Shown: in pieces, positions 61,790 through 64,000 of the stretch
Numbering within the stretch: the first letter of the stretch is position 1
Layout: each line of letters begins with the position of its first letter
Source: an uncultured delta proteobacterium
Lineage (GTDB): Bacteria; Myxococcota_A; UBA9160; SMWR01
Assembly: GCA_963832165.1 (NCBI GenBank)
Contig: CAWHTE010000002.1
Span: 352,001 to 416,000 of the forward strand
Direction: 5' to 3'
Length of the DNA: 64,000 nucleotides
Program-made: the position numbers and the translations under genes
The notes under the pieces: generated by a model
Databases searched by the model: none
What the model was told of the DNA's origin: nothing
The model's input: only the letters and a program-made list of their open reading frames with translations

Positions 61790-63070
61790 ATGTCGATCGC
61801 GATCACCGTCGAAGGGCTGGGCAAGAGCTACGAGCTGCGCCACCGCGCAGAGCCCTACCTCACGCTGCGGGACGCGATCGCGGGCAGGGCCCGCGAGATG
61901 GTGGGTCGGTTGCTCCAGCGCGGGGAACGCAAGCGGCCCACGCGCGAGAGCTTCTGGGCGCTGCGCGACGTCAGCTTCGAGCTCGAGTGCGGCGAGCGCC
62001 TGGCCGTGGTGGGACGCAACGGCGCCGGGAAGTCGACTCTGCTCAAGATCCTGTCGCGCATCACCGAGCCCACGCGCGGCCGCGCCCGCATCCGCGGACG
62101 CGTCGCGAGCCTGCTCGAGGTGGGAACCGGATTCCACCCCGAGCTGTCCGGACGCGAGAATGTATTCCTCTACGGCGCGATCCTGGGCATGAGTCGGCAC
62201 GAGATCCGGCGCCGATTCGACGAGATCGTCGACTTCGCCGAAGTCGAGCGCTTCATCGATACGCCCGTGAAGCGTTACTCGTCGGGGATGTACCTGCGGT
62301 TGGCGTTCTCGGTCGCCGCACATCTCGAGCCAGAGATCCTGGTCGTCGACGAAGTGCTCGCGGTCGGAGACGCCCAGTTCCAGCGCAAGTGCCTGGGGCG
62401 GATCGATCAGGTGAGCAGCAGCGGGCGGACGGTCCTGTTCGTGAGCCACAACATGCAGGCCGTGAAGCAGCTGTGCCCGCGCGCGATCTGGCTCGACCAG
62501 GGGCAGATCGTCGCCGCGGGCGATACCGAGAACGTCATCCACGCCTACATCGCCTCGGGCTCGTCGGAGAGCGGGCAGGACGTCGAGAAGCGGATTCGCA
62601 GCCTGCCCGAAGACCCGGTGCTCCGGCTCGAATCGGTGAAGCTCTTCCAGAACGAGCAGGAGATCGGCGACGTCGTCGAGAACGGCGAGTCGATCCGCCT
62701 GCAGATCCGCTTCCGGATTCTCGAGCGCGTCACGGGACTGCGGCTCTACTTCGATCTGTGCGACGACTACGACACGGTCCTCGTCCGGAGCTTCCACGAC
62801 GAGGATCGCGACGGCATCCCGGTGTTGGAGCCCGGCAGCTACCTCACGACCGCGACGATCCCGGCGAATCTGCTCGGGCCGATCTCGTACCGGCTGCGGA
62901 TCCTGGCCGGAATCCACAACGTCCGGAGCTGCCTGCCCTACGACGGTGTCGTCATCCCGCTCACGGTGGTCCACACCGGAGCGCACAACCGCGCCTATTC
63001 CGGCGACAGCTTCCGCGCGCGCCTCGCGCCCGCGCTTCAGTGGACGACCACGCAGCTGGAGGAGGCCTAG
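61790..63070 (+). CDS. wzt: Polysaccharide ABC transporter ATPase with C-terminal Wzt_C domain
   Basis: GRNGAGKST, YSSGM, VDEVLAVGD and FVSH; C-terminal extension. Confidence 0.92.
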   Translation: MSIAITVEGLGKSYELRHRAEPYLTLRDAIAGRAREMVGRLLQRGERKRPTRESFWALRDVSFELECGERLAVVGRNGAGKSTLLKILSRITEPTRGRARIRGRVASLLEVGTGFHPELSGRENVFLYGAILGMSRHEIRRRFDEIVDFAEVERFIDTPVKRYSSGMYLRLAFSVAAHLEPEILVVDEVLAVGDAQFQRKCLGRIDQVSSSGRTVLFVSHNMQAVKQLCPRAIWLDQGQIVAAGDTENVIHAYIASGSSESGQDVEKRIRSLPEDPVLRLESVKLFQNEQEIGDVVENGESIRLQIRFRILERVTGLRLYFDLCDDYDTVLVRSFHDEDRDGIPVLEPGSYLTTATIPANLLGPISYRLRILAGIHNVRSCLPYDGVVIPLTVVHTGAHNRAYSGDSFRARLAPALQWTTTQLEEA

Positions 63071-63961
63071 ATGGGAGCCTCCTCGGCGGCCGCGCGCGTC
63101 TTTCGGATCCTGGCTGCGCCGTTCTCGCGGCTCGCGCGAGCGCTGGAAGCGGCCGAGGTGCGGTCTCGCCTCGTCGAAGCGGGCGTCCCGCGCTCGCTCT
63201 ACCGGACACGGAGCGGTCAGCTCTTCTGGCTCGATCCCTCGAGCTATATGGACCGGTGCATCGCGGATCAGGGCGTGTTCGAGACGGACGCCGTCGCCGT
63301 CATGCAGCGGCTGGTCCAGCCCGGGCACACCGTACTCGACGTGGGTGCGAACATCGGGTTCCACACCGTGTTGTTGTCGCGGCTCGTCGGCCCGAAGGGG
63401 CGGGTACACGCGTTCGAGCCCACCGCGCGCTACCGGTCGATCCTCGAGCGCAACGTGCGCGCCAACAGTCTCGACAACGTCGCGATCCATCCGTTCGGAT
63501 TGTCCGACCGCAGTGCCGTTCGGACGATCCAGATCGGCGAGTCCTCCGCCACGCTGCATGCTCCGGGCCCTGCAGAGGTGCGCGCGCACGAGGAGATCGA
63601 GCTCGTGCGGCTCGACGACCTCGAGCCGCGGCTGGGTCTCTCACGGCTCGACTTCATCAAGGTCGACGTCGACGGCCACGAGCCGGCGTTCCTGCACGGG
63701 GCGGAGCGCGTCCTCGAGAGATGGGCGCCGCCGGTTCTGCTCGAGGTCAGCCATCTCCACTATCTCGAGGCCGGCTGGACCGCCTGGGACTTCTACCGCG
63801 AGCTCAAGAAGCAGGGCTACCTCGTCTACGACGAGGGCGGGCTCGTGGAGATCCGCAGCGAGACAGACTTCCTGATCCGCTGCGGAAACTTTCGCGAGAG
63901 CCGCAACATCGTGATCTCGCGGGAGCCGCTCCCGGCCGAATTGGAGGGGACAGTTCGATGA
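63071..63961 (+). CDS. FkbM-family methyltransferase
   Basis: LDVGANIG, AFEP and FIKVDVDGHE. Confidence 0.9.
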   Translation: MGASSAAARVFRILAAPFSRLARALEAAEVRSRLVEAGVPRSLYRTRSGQLFWLDPSSYMDRCIADQGVFETDAVAVMQRLVQPGHTVLDVGANIGFHTVLLSRLVGPKGRVHAFEPTARYRSILERNVRANSLDNVAIHPFGLSDRSAVRTIQIGESSATLHAPGPAEVRAHEEIELVRLDDLEPRLGLSRLDFIKVDVDGHEPAFLHGAERVLERWAPPVLLEVSHLHYLEAGWTAWDFYRELKKQGYLVYDEGGLVEIRSETDFLIRCGNFRESRNIVISREPLPAELEGTVR

Positions 63962-64000
63962 TCACGCGCATGCGTTCCCTGGCCCGTCGCGCACTGCATG

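Overview
Very GC-rich bacterial chromosomal window; a diderm, possibly Myxococcota-like, by inference from gene content only. Most of it is housekeeping and envelope genes: metH, ahcY, rarD, prc, apaG, ilvC, bfr/bfd, an addB/addA-like pair, asnS, an Lpp/OprI-like lipoprotein with two L,D-transpeptidase-family genes, and the start of a Wzm/Wzt glycan cluster. The accessory hotspot is about 13.45-19.6 kb. It is a minus-strand integron gene-cassette array with six attC sites, a seventh truncated one and an attI-like leader with GTTACGC repeats, but no integrase gene anywhere in the window. Two different IS110-family (IS1111-type) elements have inserted into attC sites. One is intact, oriented with the cassettes, and has 17-bp subterminal IRs and an AAG core. 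The other is a 5'-truncated remnant in the opposite orientation with a CG core. The 3' non-coding region of each element contains short segments matching both its attC target and its own element end, as expected for bridge/seek RNA guides. Smaller observations: a duplicated first cassette, SahR-like operators at metH and ahcY, a frameshifted ExeM/NucH gene, GTAG-type REP elements, and a repeat that lies in-frame inside two genes. All calls are by eye from sequence and motifs; no database searches were run.
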